From: Dehalococcoidia bacterium
Lineage (GTDB): Bacteria; Chloroflexota; Dehalococcoidia; Tepidiformales; Tepidiformaceae
DNA length: 55,401 bases
Direction of reading: 5' to 3'
NCBI GenBank assembly: GCA_034431815.1
Contig: DAOUCS010000132.1
Location: forward strand, 1 to 55,401
Shown: positions 43,170 to 51,858 of the stretch, one piece after another
Numbering within the stretch: the first letter of the stretch is position 1
Layout: each line of letters opens with the position of its first letter
The notes under the pieces: model-generated
Told to the model about the DNA's origin: nothing
Database searches by the model: none
Seen by the model: the letters and a program-made list of their open reading frames with translations, nothing else
Made by a program: the position numbers and the translations under genes

Positions 43170-45230
43170 ATGAGGGTCTACACGACCGAAGAGATCCGGA
43201 ACGTCGTCATCGTTGGCCACACGAGCGTGGGGAAGACGACGCTGACGGAGGCAAGCCTCTTCGTGTCGGGGGCGACCACGCGAATGGGGAGCGTGGAAGA
43301 CGGGAACACGGTGAGCGACTACGACGAGGACGAGCACCGCCGCAAGTTCAGCCTGAACCTCTCTCTCATTCCCGTCGAATGGGCAGGACGGAAGATCAAC
43401 CTCATCGATACGCCTGGATACGCCGACTTCGTCTCGGAGGTGATATGCGGCGCAGCCGCGGCGGATGCGGCGCTGATCCTCATCGACGCGGTTGCCGGCC
43501 CCGAGGTGGGAACTGACCGGGCGTGGTCCATCGCGGAGCGCGAAGGGCTGCCTCGGCTCTTCTTCGTAAACCGCATGGACCGGGAGAACGCGAACTTCGC
43601 GGGGGCCCTCTCGCGCTTACGCGAGAAGTGGGGGACGAAGGTCGCCGCGGCGCAGCTCCCCATCGGAGCCCAAAGCGAATTGCGCGGCGTCATCGACCTC
43701 CTGAGCATGCGCGCGAGGCTCGGCGAGAAGGGCGAAGAGGCAGACGTTCCCACCGAGCTTCGTGCCGCGGCCGACGAGGCCCGCGCGGCCCTCATCGAAG
43801 CGATCGTCGAAACCGACGAGGCCCTGATGGAGAAGTACTTCGCCGACGAGCCCCTGAGCGAGGAGGAGTTGCAACGGGCCTTCCGCGCGGCTGTAATCGA
43901 GGGGCGGCTCTACCCGGTGTACTGCGGGGCAGCCGCGAAGCGCATCGGCGTGCGCGACCTGCTCGATGCCCTCGCCGCGGCGGCCCCTTCGCCCGCCGAG
44001 CGACCGCCGATAGCCGTCGACGGCGAAGCGCTCCGGGCCGACCCGGACGGCCCGCTGGCCGTCCGCGTCTTCAAGACCGCCGCCGACCCGTTCGTCGGGA
44101 GGCTGAGCTACCTCCGAGTCATCCGCGGCACCCTGACGGCGGACTCGCACGTCTGGAACGCCTCGAAGAACGCGGACGAGCGCATCGCCACCCTCTTCGT
44201 ACAGCGGGGCAAGGAGCAGATGCCCGTGCCGAAGCTGCACGCGGGCGACATCGGGGTGGTGACGAAGCTCGCGCAGACCTCGACCGGCGACACTCTCTGC
44301 GAACGCGGTCACGAAGTTGTGCTGCCGCCCATCACGTTCCCGAGCCCGGTCTTCAGTCTGGCGGTGAAGCCGGTTTCGAAGGCGGCGGTGGATAAGCTCC
44401 TGCCGAGCCTCCAGCGGCTCATCGAGGAGGATCCGGGGCTTCGGCTGGAGCGCGACCCCGCCACGGGCGAGACGATCCTCTCCGGGCTGGGCGACGCGCA
44501 CCTGGAAGTGACCGTGGAACGGCTTCGGCGCAAGTTCAACGTCGAGGTCGAGCTGGCGCTCCCCCGGGTGCCCTACCGCGAGACCATCGCCAAGCGGGTG
44601 ACCGCCGAATACACGCACAAGAAGCAAACCGGCGGCCACGGCCAGTACGGGCGCGTGGCTATCGAAGTGAGCCCGCTGCCCCGCGGGTCGGGGGTGCAGT
44701 TCGAATCACGGGTGGTCGGCGGCGCCGTCCCGAAGGAGTACATCCCCGCGGTAGAGAAGGGCATTACGGAAACCGCACACGAGGGGATGCTGCCCGGCAT
44801 CGAGCTGACCGACATCCAGGTCGTGCTCTACGACGGGAAGCACCACCCTGTGGACTCCAGCGAAATGTCCTTCAAGGTGGCGGCGTCCCAGGCGCTGAAG
44901 GAAGCCGTCCAGCAGGCAGGAAGCGTGCTCCTCGAGCCCATCATGCTCATCCGCGTCCGCGTGCCCGACGAGTTCGCCGGCGACGTCGTCTCCGACCTGA
45001 ACGCCAAGCGAGCGCGCATTCACGGCGTCACACCGGAAGGTGGAGGGGTGACACTCATCGAAGCGGAGGTGCCGATGGCGGAGATCCAGCGGTACGCCGC
45101 CGACCTCCGCAGCCTCACCCAGGGCCGGGGCGTCTTTGAAGTCCAGTTTGACCACTACGGCGAGGTGCCCCCACACATCGCCCAGAAGGTCCGCGAAGAG
45201 TACCAGAAGGCCCTGGCGGAGGCGCACTGA
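43170..45230 (+). CDS. Elongation factor G paralog (EF-G2-like translational GTPase)
   Basis: 686 aa. G1 GHTSVGKTT, DTPGYADF, NRMD. EF-G domains II-V are recognisable (HKKQTGGHGQYG, VDSSEMSFK). Confidence 0.88.
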   Translation: MRVYTTEEIRNVVIVGHTSVGKTTLTEASLFVSGATTRMGSVEDGNTVSDYDEDEHRRKFSLNLSLIPVEWAGRKINLIDTPGYADFVSEVICGAAAADAALILIDAVAGPEVGTDRAWSIAEREGLPRLFFVNRMDRENANFAGALSRLREKWGTKVAAAQLPIGAQSELRGVIDLLSMRARLGEKGEEADVPTELRAAADEARAALIEAIVETDEALMEKYFADEPLSEEELQRAFRAAVIEGRLYPVYCGAAAKRIGVRDLLDALAAAAPSPAERPPIAVDGEALRADPDGPLAVRVFKTAADPFVGRLSYLRVIRGTLTADSHVWNASKNADERIATLFVQRGKEQMPVPKLHAGDIGVVTKLAQTSTGDTLCERGHEVVLPPITFPSPVFSLAVKPVSKAAVDKLLPSLQRLIEEDPGLRLERDPATGETILSGLGDAHLEVTVERLRRKFNVEVELALPRVPYRETIAKRVTAEYTHKKQTGGHGQYGRVAIEVSPLPRGSGVQFESRVVGGAVPKEYIPAVEKGITETAHEGMLPGIELTDIQVVLYDGKHHPVDSSEMSFKVAASQALKEAVQQAGSVLLEPIMLIRVRVPDEFAGDVVSDLNAKRARIHGVTPEGGGVTLIEAEVPMAEIQRYAADLRSLTQGRGVFEVQFDHYGEVPPHIAQKVREEYQKALAEAH

Positions 45231-45246
45231 AGCGCATCCGGCGCCG

Positions 45247-45732
45247 TTACGGCCCGAAGGCGAGCCACACCCGCACCACCGGCAGGCCGGCGGCCGTCCC
45301 GACTTTTCGCACCGCCGCGATGCGGGCGCTGCCGATGTTCGGCTCGACCGTGAGAGCACGCTGGACCCAGCGGCCGGCAGCGGGCGCGGCCATCAGCGCA
45401 AGCGCTGCCGCCGCCACCGCAGAGGGGAAGTTCTGACGCGCACGCCCGTTCGCCGCCGCCAGCGCGGCGGTAGCAGCGAGGAGCCCGCCGACAGCGAGGT
45501 TCGAGCCGCAGAGGTCGCTCACCGCCAGGGCGTGTTCGCCGGATCGGAGGCGGACCACCGCCTCGCCCGTTGCCGCTTCGACGTCCTCGGGCGAATAGGG
45601 CGAGACCATCGAAAACCCGAAGGGGTCGCTGAAGGCGATCGTCGGAGCACGGCGGCCAAGCCGTTCGTGGAGCACGGCGACGGCCGCATGCTCGATGGCG
45701 TGGGCGACGCGGATTCGGCGCAGCACGTTCAC
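45247..45732 (-). CDS. Hypothetical small membrane-associated protein with HxxEH and CGSN motifs
   Basis: GTG 45732 overlaps the upstream stop (GTGA). RRIRVAHAIEHAAVAVLHER...SDLCGSNLAVGGLLAATAALAAA, plus a second hydrophobic stretch. Confidence 0.45.
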   Translation of the reverse strand: MNVLRRIRVAHAIEHAAVAVLHERLGRRAPTIAFSDPFGFSMVSPYSPEDVEAATGEAVVRLRSGEHALAVSDLCGSNLAVGGLLAATAALAAANGRARQNFPSAVAAAALALMAAPAAGRWVQRALTVEPNIGSARIAAVRKVGTAAGLPVVRVWLAFGP

Positions 45733-47168
45733 CTCGCCAGGCCGGGGATCACGATGCGCTGGTTGGATATCGCGCCCGATTTCACCGCAACGATGTCGAT
45801 GCGGAAGGGTACGCCCTCGCCGAAGAGGGGCTCGATCCAAACCGTTCCGTTCGCCACGCCATCGGGCTGGCGGGCGCGATCGACGTCGACGAGGAGAACG
45901 CTCACGTACCCCGGCGTCGTCTGGCTGCCGGAGACGACCACCCTCGTTTCCGAACCAATCGCAACCCCGCCGTCGAGCGTGCGGCTGCCGGGGTCGTCCG
46001 GGTGGCGCACCCGGAGCCACGGGGCACTGGTTCGAACGCGGAAGGGCCCAATCCAGGAGCCGACATTGTGGACCGAGAGCGTCACCGACTCCGAACTGCC
46101 ATCCGGGAAGGTTTGGAGCACGGCAGAGGACGGGCCTTCCACAACGAGACGCGGGCCTCCGAGGAGTGCCGCCGCGGCCGCAGGGTCGCCTGGCGGCGAG
46201 GGATCGGGGTGCGGAGCGACGCCGAGCTCTGCGATTGTGGTGGGATAGTCCATGGCAGCGCAGCGGAGGTAGAGTGCGCATTCGAGCCAGTTCTGGGCAG
46301 AGAAGGCGGACGCCACCTCGGGGTAGTCGAAGCGGGGCATGGCAAACTCCACCGGCTCCCACATCCGCTGGCCACCGCGCGTCGGAGGGTAGCGCATACA
46401 GCCGTACACCCGCTCCTGGTAGGTGTAATCGCCGTACCCGAACCAGGGATAGCCAGGACCGCTGGGGTCCCCACAGTGGTACACCTCGCCCCTAAACGGA
46501 TCGCGTTCGGGATTCAGCGGATGGTTGCTCCAGGCAAAGCCGTTGTAGCTCCAGATGGCGAAGTACCAGTCTTCGAGCGCGGCGGGGTCGCCGTTGCCGG
46601 CTACCGGCCGGAACTCCGGCGCCGCGTTCCATTTCGACACGAGGATCCGGACCGACTCCGCGAGGTTGAACACGAAATGCGTGCCGGAAAGCACCTGCTT
46701 GGCCGACGGCGTTCCCGTCGTGTTCGCCATCCCCGTGGTGACCTGGCCCAGGCCGTAGCCGCAGTCAAACGAGCGAAGCGCGGGGCCGACACCACCCCAC
46801 GGGACGCTCCCTGAGGCCATCTGATAGGCGGACTCGATCCACACGATGGAGCGCATGATGGCCGGAGGCACTCTCAGGGAGGGGTCAGGCGGGAGGCGTG
46901 CGTCCCGCGGCCCCTGCTCCAACCCCGGGTAGCTGAAGTCGACGCTCTCCCCGGATGGGGTCGGGAACGGCCCGCTGAAGAACTTCCCTTCCGCGGCGAG
47001 CTGGATCGCCAAGCTGTACGTCCCTCTGGAATCGAGCGCCTCATAGGCGTCGAAGTCGAAGGGTCCTTGTGTGCCGCAGGTCTCGGGCCACGACTGCGCA
47101 CGGGCAGGCGGCGGCAGCGCCGCAACGGCAAGGGCGACGACGATTGCCGCGGCTACGGTGCGGACCAT
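45729..47168 (-). CDS. Secreted lytic-transglycosylase (SLT/lysozyme-like) domain protein with C-terminal BACON/Ig-like domain
   Basis: Signal peptide MVRTVAAAIVVALAVAALPPPARA/QS. IVWIESAYQ (E-S), CGYGLGQVT, AIWSYNGF (SLT motifs). C-terminal SVTLSVHNVGSWIGPFRVRTSAPWLRVRH. Confidence 0.68.
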   Translation of the reverse strand: MVRTVAAAIVVALAVAALPPPARAQSWPETCGTQGPFDFDAYEALDSRGTYSLAIQLAAEGKFFSGPFPTPSGESVDFSYPGLEQGPRDARLPPDPSLRVPPAIMRSIVWIESAYQMASGSVPWGGVGPALRSFDCGYGLGQVTTGMANTTGTPSAKQVLSGTHFVFNLAESVRILVSKWNAAPEFRPVAGNGDPAALEDWYFAIWSYNGFAWSNHPLNPERDPFRGEVYHCGDPSGPGYPWFGYGDYTYQERVYGCMRYPPTRGGQRMWEPVEFAMPRFDYPEVASAFSAQNWLECALYLRCAAMDYPTTIAELGVAPHPDPSPPGDPAAAAALLGGPRLVVEGPSSAVLQTFPDGSSESVTLSVHNVGSWIGPFRVRTSAPWLRVRHPDDPGSRTLDGGVAIGSETRVVVSGSQTTPGYVSVLLVDVDRARQPDGVANGTVWIEPLFGEGVPFRIDIVAVKSGAISNQRIVIPGLAR

Positions 47169-48220
47169 CCGAACACCCTCGTCATGGGGACAGACACCCG
47201 CTCGCCCCCGCGAATGACCTGGATTTCGGGCCGGCCCGGTGCGGCGAAGGAGGCGCCGTCCCAGTGCTCGACGGCGAGCGCGGAGCCGTCGGGGGCGGAG
47301 GCCAGCGGACGGTCGATGCCGGCTACCGACTGGGCGGCCGCGCCGCCCGCCGGCACCGGTTCCTCAGCGAAGACTGCGCGGCCCGTCGCCGGGTCCCACA
47401 CGGGGGCCAGGCGCTGGCGGCCGTCGGCGAACGGGCCGGCTTGAGCCGCGGCCACTCCTGGCTCGACGGGGACGATACGGCCCAGATGCTTGCCCTCGTT
47501 GAGTTCAACGAAGGCGAGCTGGCGGCCGTCCGGGCTGAGCGTCCAGTCGCGCGTGAGCCCCGCCGCGAGGTGCCGCACCTCCGCCGATCCGCGGAGGAGG
47601 GTGCTGCCGCGGGCATCGATCAGCACCGAATACAGTGTCCCATCGGGGGCGAACCCGACGGGATAGATGCCAAGCACACCCTTCCGTTCGAGAAGCAGTA
47701 CCTCGCCGCCGTCGAGATCGACGCGGATGACTTTGACCGTGCCGGAAACGGCTTCGCGGGTGACGGCGATGCTACGGCTGTCGTTCGCCCACACGGGGTC
47801 TTGGAGATAGGGAAGGCTCCCAGCGAGCGGCCGAACCCGCCCGTTCCAGAGGTCGACGAGGAGCAGTTCAGCCGAAGGCTGGGCGGGCGTTCCAGAGGTG
47901 GCGAGCACGACCGCGAGGTATCGGCCGTCCGGGCTCACAGCGCCCCTGGCGGAGAACCCGGGCAGGTGCGGAAGCACCGCCACTTCGATTGGCGCACCCC
48001 TCCCTCCCTGGCCGACGGCGACGACGCGGTCGGCTGATTCTCCCGGCTGGAGGCCGATGAGGTACGGGCCGTCGTTGGGGTCGAGGAGCACCGGTTCTCC
48101 CCGCGCCTCTCCGAACCACGAGGCGCCGAAACGAACGCCGAGCACAACGAGGAGCGCGCCCAGCGCGGCGCCAAGCGCTGCTCGGGAGACTCGGGCGGTG
48201 GGAACGGCGGAGCGGTTCAT
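47153..48220 (-). CDS. N-terminally membrane-anchored TolB/PD40-like beta-propeller protein (paralog 1)
   Basis: 355 aa. TM segment ALGAALGALLVVLGV. Repeated SPDG/APDG blades (VSPDGRYLAV, FAPDGTLYSV, LSPDGRQLAF, SAPDGSALAV). Confidence 0.65.
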   Translation of the reverse strand: MNRSAVPTARVSRAALGAALGALLVVLGVRFGASWFGEARGEPVLLDPNDGPYLIGLQPGESADRVVAVGQGGRGAPIEVAVLPHLPGFSARGAVSPDGRYLAVVLATSGTPAQPSAELLLVDLWNGRVRPLAGSLPYLQDPVWANDSRSIAVTREAVSGTVKVIRVDLDGGEVLLLERKGVLGIYPVGFAPDGTLYSVLIDARGSTLLRGSAEVRHLAAGLTRDWTLSPDGRQLAFVELNEGKHLGRIVPVEPGVAAAQAGPFADGRQRLAPVWDPATGRAVFAEEPVPAGGAAAQSVAGIDRPLASAPDGSALAVEHWDGASFAAPGRPEIQVIRGGERVSVPMTRVFGWSAP

Positions 48221-48265
48221 AGCGGCGGCACTCCTTCGGCGCGCCGGACGGCCCGGCCGCCCAGC

Positions 48266-49369
48266 CTACTCGGGCGCCACGGCCCACCCCAGCGGCTCCG
48301 ATGGTCCGTCATCGATGGGCACGCGGCCGGCCGCGGTGATGACTTCGAGCGAGGCGATGCCAGCGCCCGAATCGACGACGAGGGCGAGGAGCATCGAGCC
48401 GTCGGGCGACCAGTGGGCAGGATAGAGGTAGAGCTGGCTCGGTTCGAAGCCTTCGATCCAGAGATTGCCTCCTGGGCCTCCGAACTGCGGAAGCAGCGAG
48501 GAGGGACTCCAAACGGCCCCGAACTGGCTCGCGGCCGCCGGCACGTCGAAGACCGTGCCCGAGGCGAGTGTGACGACCCTTCCGCGGGCCACGCCGTCCT
48601 GGCCGGTTCCGGCAAGGGCAACGTACGCCATCTGGGTGCGGTCCGGGCTGAGGCGCCACGAAGCCGTGGGGCCGGCGCTGAGGAGCGCGACACGCCGGCG
48701 AGTCCCCGCGGCATCGACCGCCCAGAGCGTGGAGCCGGTGGGGTCGATGGTCACCACGTACAGTGTCGACCCGCGGGCATCGTACCCAACAGGGGCGGCG
48801 AGAAAAACGTCGGCAAAATCTGCACGGTCGCGCGGCTCGCCGGTGCGGGCATCGAACTCGGTAATGACGACGGTACGGCGGCCGCCCTCTCCGAGGGCGG
48901 CAATTCGTGCGACTGCCAGGCGTTGGCCCCAGCCGTCCCAGGCCATCGGCGCCGCGAAGTCGAACGCTCCCTCAGCGATGAGTCGCTCCCCGCGCGGCAA
49001 GGGAATGATGGTGACGCGGCCAGCCCCCCGCGACGTGAAGGATAGGACCGCCGCACGGTCGCCCAACGGAGCGATGGAGCCCACGGCGCGGACCCCGAAC
49101 GCGCGTGGGAAGACCGCCACCGGAACCCTGCGGCCATCCGGCCGCGGCTCGGCGAGATAGAGGACGTCCGCGTCGTCTTCGCGGGCGAGATAGGCCACCG
49201 CGCGGACGGCAGCGGGGTCAGGGCGCGGGATAACGACCGGCTCGGGATCGCTGGCGGTGCGGACGCCGACGAAGGCAGCCGCCAACACCGCGGCCGCCAC
49301 AGCGACGAGGCCCGCCACCGCGGGCACCACCGTGCGGGCAGGAGGACGCGGCCACCGAGGGAGTGACAT
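48266..49369 (-). CDS. N-terminally membrane-anchored TolB/PD40-like beta-propeller protein (paralog 2)
   Basis: Shares blocks with paralog 1 (PVGYDARGSTLYVVTIDPTGSTLW vs PVGFAPDGTLYSVLIDARGSTLL; WRLSPDRTQMAYVAL vs WTLSPDGRQLAFVEL). Start uncertain: ATG 49369 (MSLPRW, same tail length as paralog 1), ATG 49420 (GGGGGTGGG upstream) or track start 49507. Confidence 0.6.
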   Translation of the reverse strand: MSLPRWPRPPARTVVPAVAGLVAVAAAVLAAAFVGVRTASDPEPVVIPRPDPAAVRAVAYLAREDDADVLYLAEPRPDGRRVPVAVFPRAFGVRAVGSIAPLGDRAAVLSFTSRGAGRVTIIPLPRGERLIAEGAFDFAAPMAWDGWGQRLAVARIAALGEGGRRTVVITEFDARTGEPRDRADFADVFLAAPVGYDARGSTLYVVTIDPTGSTLWAVDAAGTRRRVALLSAGPTASWRLSPDRTQMAYVALAGTGQDGVARGRVVTLASGTVFDVPAAASQFGAVWSPSSLLPQFGGPGGNLWIEGFEPSQLYLYPAHWSPDGSMLLALVVDSGAGIASLEVITAAGRVPIDDGPSEPLGWAVAPE

Positions 49370-49580
49370 CGGCGCGGGATCCGACGCGCGAAGGCTGGTA
49401 CCGCTCTCCGCCCGCGCCATACGCCCACCCCCGTGCGGGGCAGATGCGCCGGGCGGTCGGCCATGGGACGGCTTCGCGAGCATTGCCCGCCTCGTATGCC
49501 CCGCCACCGCAGCCGCAACGGCTGCACCGTGGGACGATATCAGGGCTCGCCCAGGGCGTCAACCGTCAGGAAGGAGCACG

Positions 49581-49625
49581 TTGTCCGAAGGCAGCGGGGG
49601 CGTGTGCTACCATCGAACCGCATGA
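49581..49625 (+). other. Candidate 14-codon uORF overlapping the SD-less start of the M50 protease gene
   Basis: GGAAGGAG (49569..49576) + 4 nt + TTG 49581. (M)SEGSGGVCYHRTA, with TGA at 49623..49625 overlapping ATG 49622 (ATGA). The M50 ATG has no SD of its own. Confidence 0.2.
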
Positions 49626-50305
49626 TCTGGTTCCTGTCCGATTTGGCGGGCAACCCCGAGGCGTTGCTCGCGGTGTTCGCCGCCGTCTGCGTCGCCCTCA
49701 TCACCGGCATCGCCTTTCACGAGTTCAGCCACGCCTGGATGGCGTACCAGCTCGGCGACGGCACCGCCGCCGGCATGGGGCGCCTCACGCTCAACCCGAT
49801 GCGCCACCTCGACCCGCTGGGAACGCTTCTCCTCTTTCTCGTCGGGTTCGGTTGGGGGAAGCCGACGCCGGTCAACCCGTACCGGCTGCGGACAGGCCCT
49901 CGCCGGGGCAACGCCCTCGTGGCCGCCGCGGGTCCGCTTTCGAACTTTCTCTTCGCGGTACTGGCAGCGATGCCGCTGCGCATGGGGTGGGTCAGCGCGC
50001 CAGGGAGCCTCGACCGCATCGGCGAGGCCTCGGGCAACGAAGTGCTCGGGCTCTTCCTCTTCTACATCGTGCTGTTCAACGTCATCCTCGGCGTCTTCAA
50101 CCTCATTCCCATCCATCCGCTGGACGGCTTCAAGGTGGCGGTCGGCGTGCTGCCTCGACAAGCCGCAGCCGAGCTGGAGCGGTTGGCGCCGTGGGGCCCG
50201 GGAATCCTCATGGCCCTCATCGCCATCGGCTGGCTGACCCCCTTCAATCCCCTCGGACGGCTTATCGGCGGCGTGGGGTCGCGCATCCTCGAGCTCGTCT
50301 TGTAG
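49622..50305 (+). CDS. Site-2 protease family (peptidase M50) membrane metalloprotease
   Basis: Internal ATG 49622. HEFSHAWMA (HExxH) in a TM helix, NLIPIHPLDG (NxxPxxxLDG). 227 aa. Confidence 0.85.
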   Translation: MIWFLSDLAGNPEALLAVFAAVCVALITGIAFHEFSHAWMAYQLGDGTAAGMGRLTLNPMRHLDPLGTLLLFLVGFGWGKPTPVNPYRLRTGPRRGNALVAAAGPLSNFLFAVLAAMPLRMGWVSAPGSLDRIGEASGNEVLGLFLFYIVLFNVILGVFNLIPIHPLDGFKVAVGVLPRQAAAELERLAPWGPGILMALIAIGWLTPFNPLGRLIGGVGSRILELVL

Positions 50306-50309
50306 GGGC

Positions 50310-50792
50310 ATGCTGCAGCGCATCCGGCAGTTCGTAACGGCCGGCCGAGAGCCGACACCTGCGGAGCTCGAGCTCGCGCAGAGGTTCCTCTCGCCGAAGC
50401 TATACGAACTCTTCCTCCAGCAGCACCCACGGGACATCTGTCACGGGGCGGCGACCGCTCGCTGGCTGCTTGCCCGCGGCTACGACGACCCCGACCTCAT
50501 CGCTGCCGCGCTGCTCCATGACGTCGCCAAGGGGAATCAGCGCCGACTCGACCGGGCAGCGTACGTGGTGGCAACGTGGTTCCGGCTGGCAAGGCGGCTA
50601 GCGTGCGCAACTTCCCGCTTCGAGCTCCGGCGGGCGGCGGAGCGAAGCCTCCGTCACGCCGAACGGGGCGCCGACCTTCTCGCATGCTGCGGCGCGCCGG
50701 CGCGGGTTGTGGAGCTCACCCGCCGGCACCACGAACCCCCTGGCGGCGATGCTATGCTAGCGCTACTGCAACAGGCCGACGCCGCGAGCTAG
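50310..50792 (+). CDS. HD-domain protein
   Basis: 160 aa. H...LLHDVAKG...H pattern (ICHGAATARWL, AALLHDVAKG, RRHHEPP). Confidence 0.65.
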   Translation: MLQRIRQFVTAGREPTPAELELAQRFLSPKLYELFLQQHPRDICHGAATARWLLARGYDDPDLIAAALLHDVAKGNQRRLDRAAYVVATWFRLARRLACATSRFELRRAAERSLRHAERGADLLACCGAPARVVELTRRHHEPPGGDAMLALLQQADAAS

Positions 50793-50799
50793 GGACGCA

Positions 50800-51858
50800 A
50801 TGGGCAGCGAAGCACGTCCGCGGACGCGGATCACGATCGTTGGGACCGGGCTCATCGGAGCCTCCATCGGCCTGCGCCTGTGCAGCCTGCCGAACCGAAA
50901 TTTCGAAGTCGTGGGCATCGACCGCGACCCCGAGCAGACCCGGACAGCGAAGAAGCGCGGCGCGATCGACCGCGAGGCCCGCTCCTTCGAAGAAGCGGCA
51001 GAGGGTGCGGGACTCGTGGTGCTGGCGGTCCCCATCCTGGCCGGCCCGAAGGTCATGCGGGACTTAGCGCCCTATCTGTCCCCCGGCGCGGTCGTGACGG
51101 ACACGTTCAGCACCAAGAACGACGTGCTCTCGTGGGCAGCCGAATACCTGCCCGAAGAAGTCAGCTTCGTCGGCGGCCACCCGATGGCCGGGAAAGAGGA
51201 AAGCGGTGCGGCGGCCGCCGACGCCGCGCTGTTCGAAGGGGCCACGTGGGCCGTCGTACCTTCGCCGACTGCTTCGGAGGCAGCGGTGCGCACGGTGGTA
51301 GGGATGGTGGAAGCGCTGGGTGCGCGGCCGGCCTACTTCGACGCCGCCGAGCACGATCAGCTGACCGCCGCCATCAGCCACCTCCCCCTCTTCCTCTCGG
51401 TCGCGCTCTTCCGCATGGTTCGCGACAGCCCCAGCTGGGAGGATGCGGCACTGTTGGCAGGGCCGGGCTTCCGCGACACCACCCGCCTCGCCAGCGGGGA
51501 TCCTGTGCTCGCCCACGGCATCTGGCGGACGAACCGAGAGGCTATCCTTCACTGGCTCGACCGCTTCACTGGTCAGCTGCGGGAGCTTCGCTCGCTGCTG
51601 GCCGACCCGGAACGCGAGGAGGAGCTGGGGCAGCTGGTGACGAAGACGAAGCTCGACCGGGACGTCTTCATCGAAAACCCGCCTCGCCGGGAGCCGCCAG
51701 GCCGAGCCGCCGACGTTCCCTCGACCGCCGACGCCTTGGGGCAGTTCATCGCTGGGGCGATGTACCAGCGGCTAAAGGAGTACACCGCGAAGCCGCCCCC
51801 CATCCGTGCGGACGACCCCGCGCTGCGGCGCAAGCTGGGCATCGATGACGACGATTAG
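50800..51858 (+). CDS. tyrA: Prephenate/arogenate dehydrogenase
   Basis: 352 aa. ITIVGTGLIGASIG Rossmann motif, GGHPMAG, HDQLTAAISHLP, LAGPGFRDTTRLA. Confidence 0.88.
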   Translation: MGSEARPRTRITIVGTGLIGASIGLRLCSLPNRNFEVVGIDRDPEQTRTAKKRGAIDREARSFEEAAEGAGLVVLAVPILAGPKVMRDLAPYLSPGAVVTDTFSTKNDVLSWAAEYLPEEVSFVGGHPMAGKEESGAAAADAALFEGATWAVVPSPTASEAAVRTVVGMVEALGARPAYFDAAEHDQLTAAISHLPLFLSVALFRMVRDSPSWEDAALLAGPGFRDTTRLASGDPVLAHGIWRTNREAILHWLDRFTGQLRELRSLLADPEREEELGQLVTKTKLDRDVFIENPPRREPPGRAADVPSTADALGQFIAGAMYQRLKEYTAKPPPIRADDPALRRKLGIDDDD

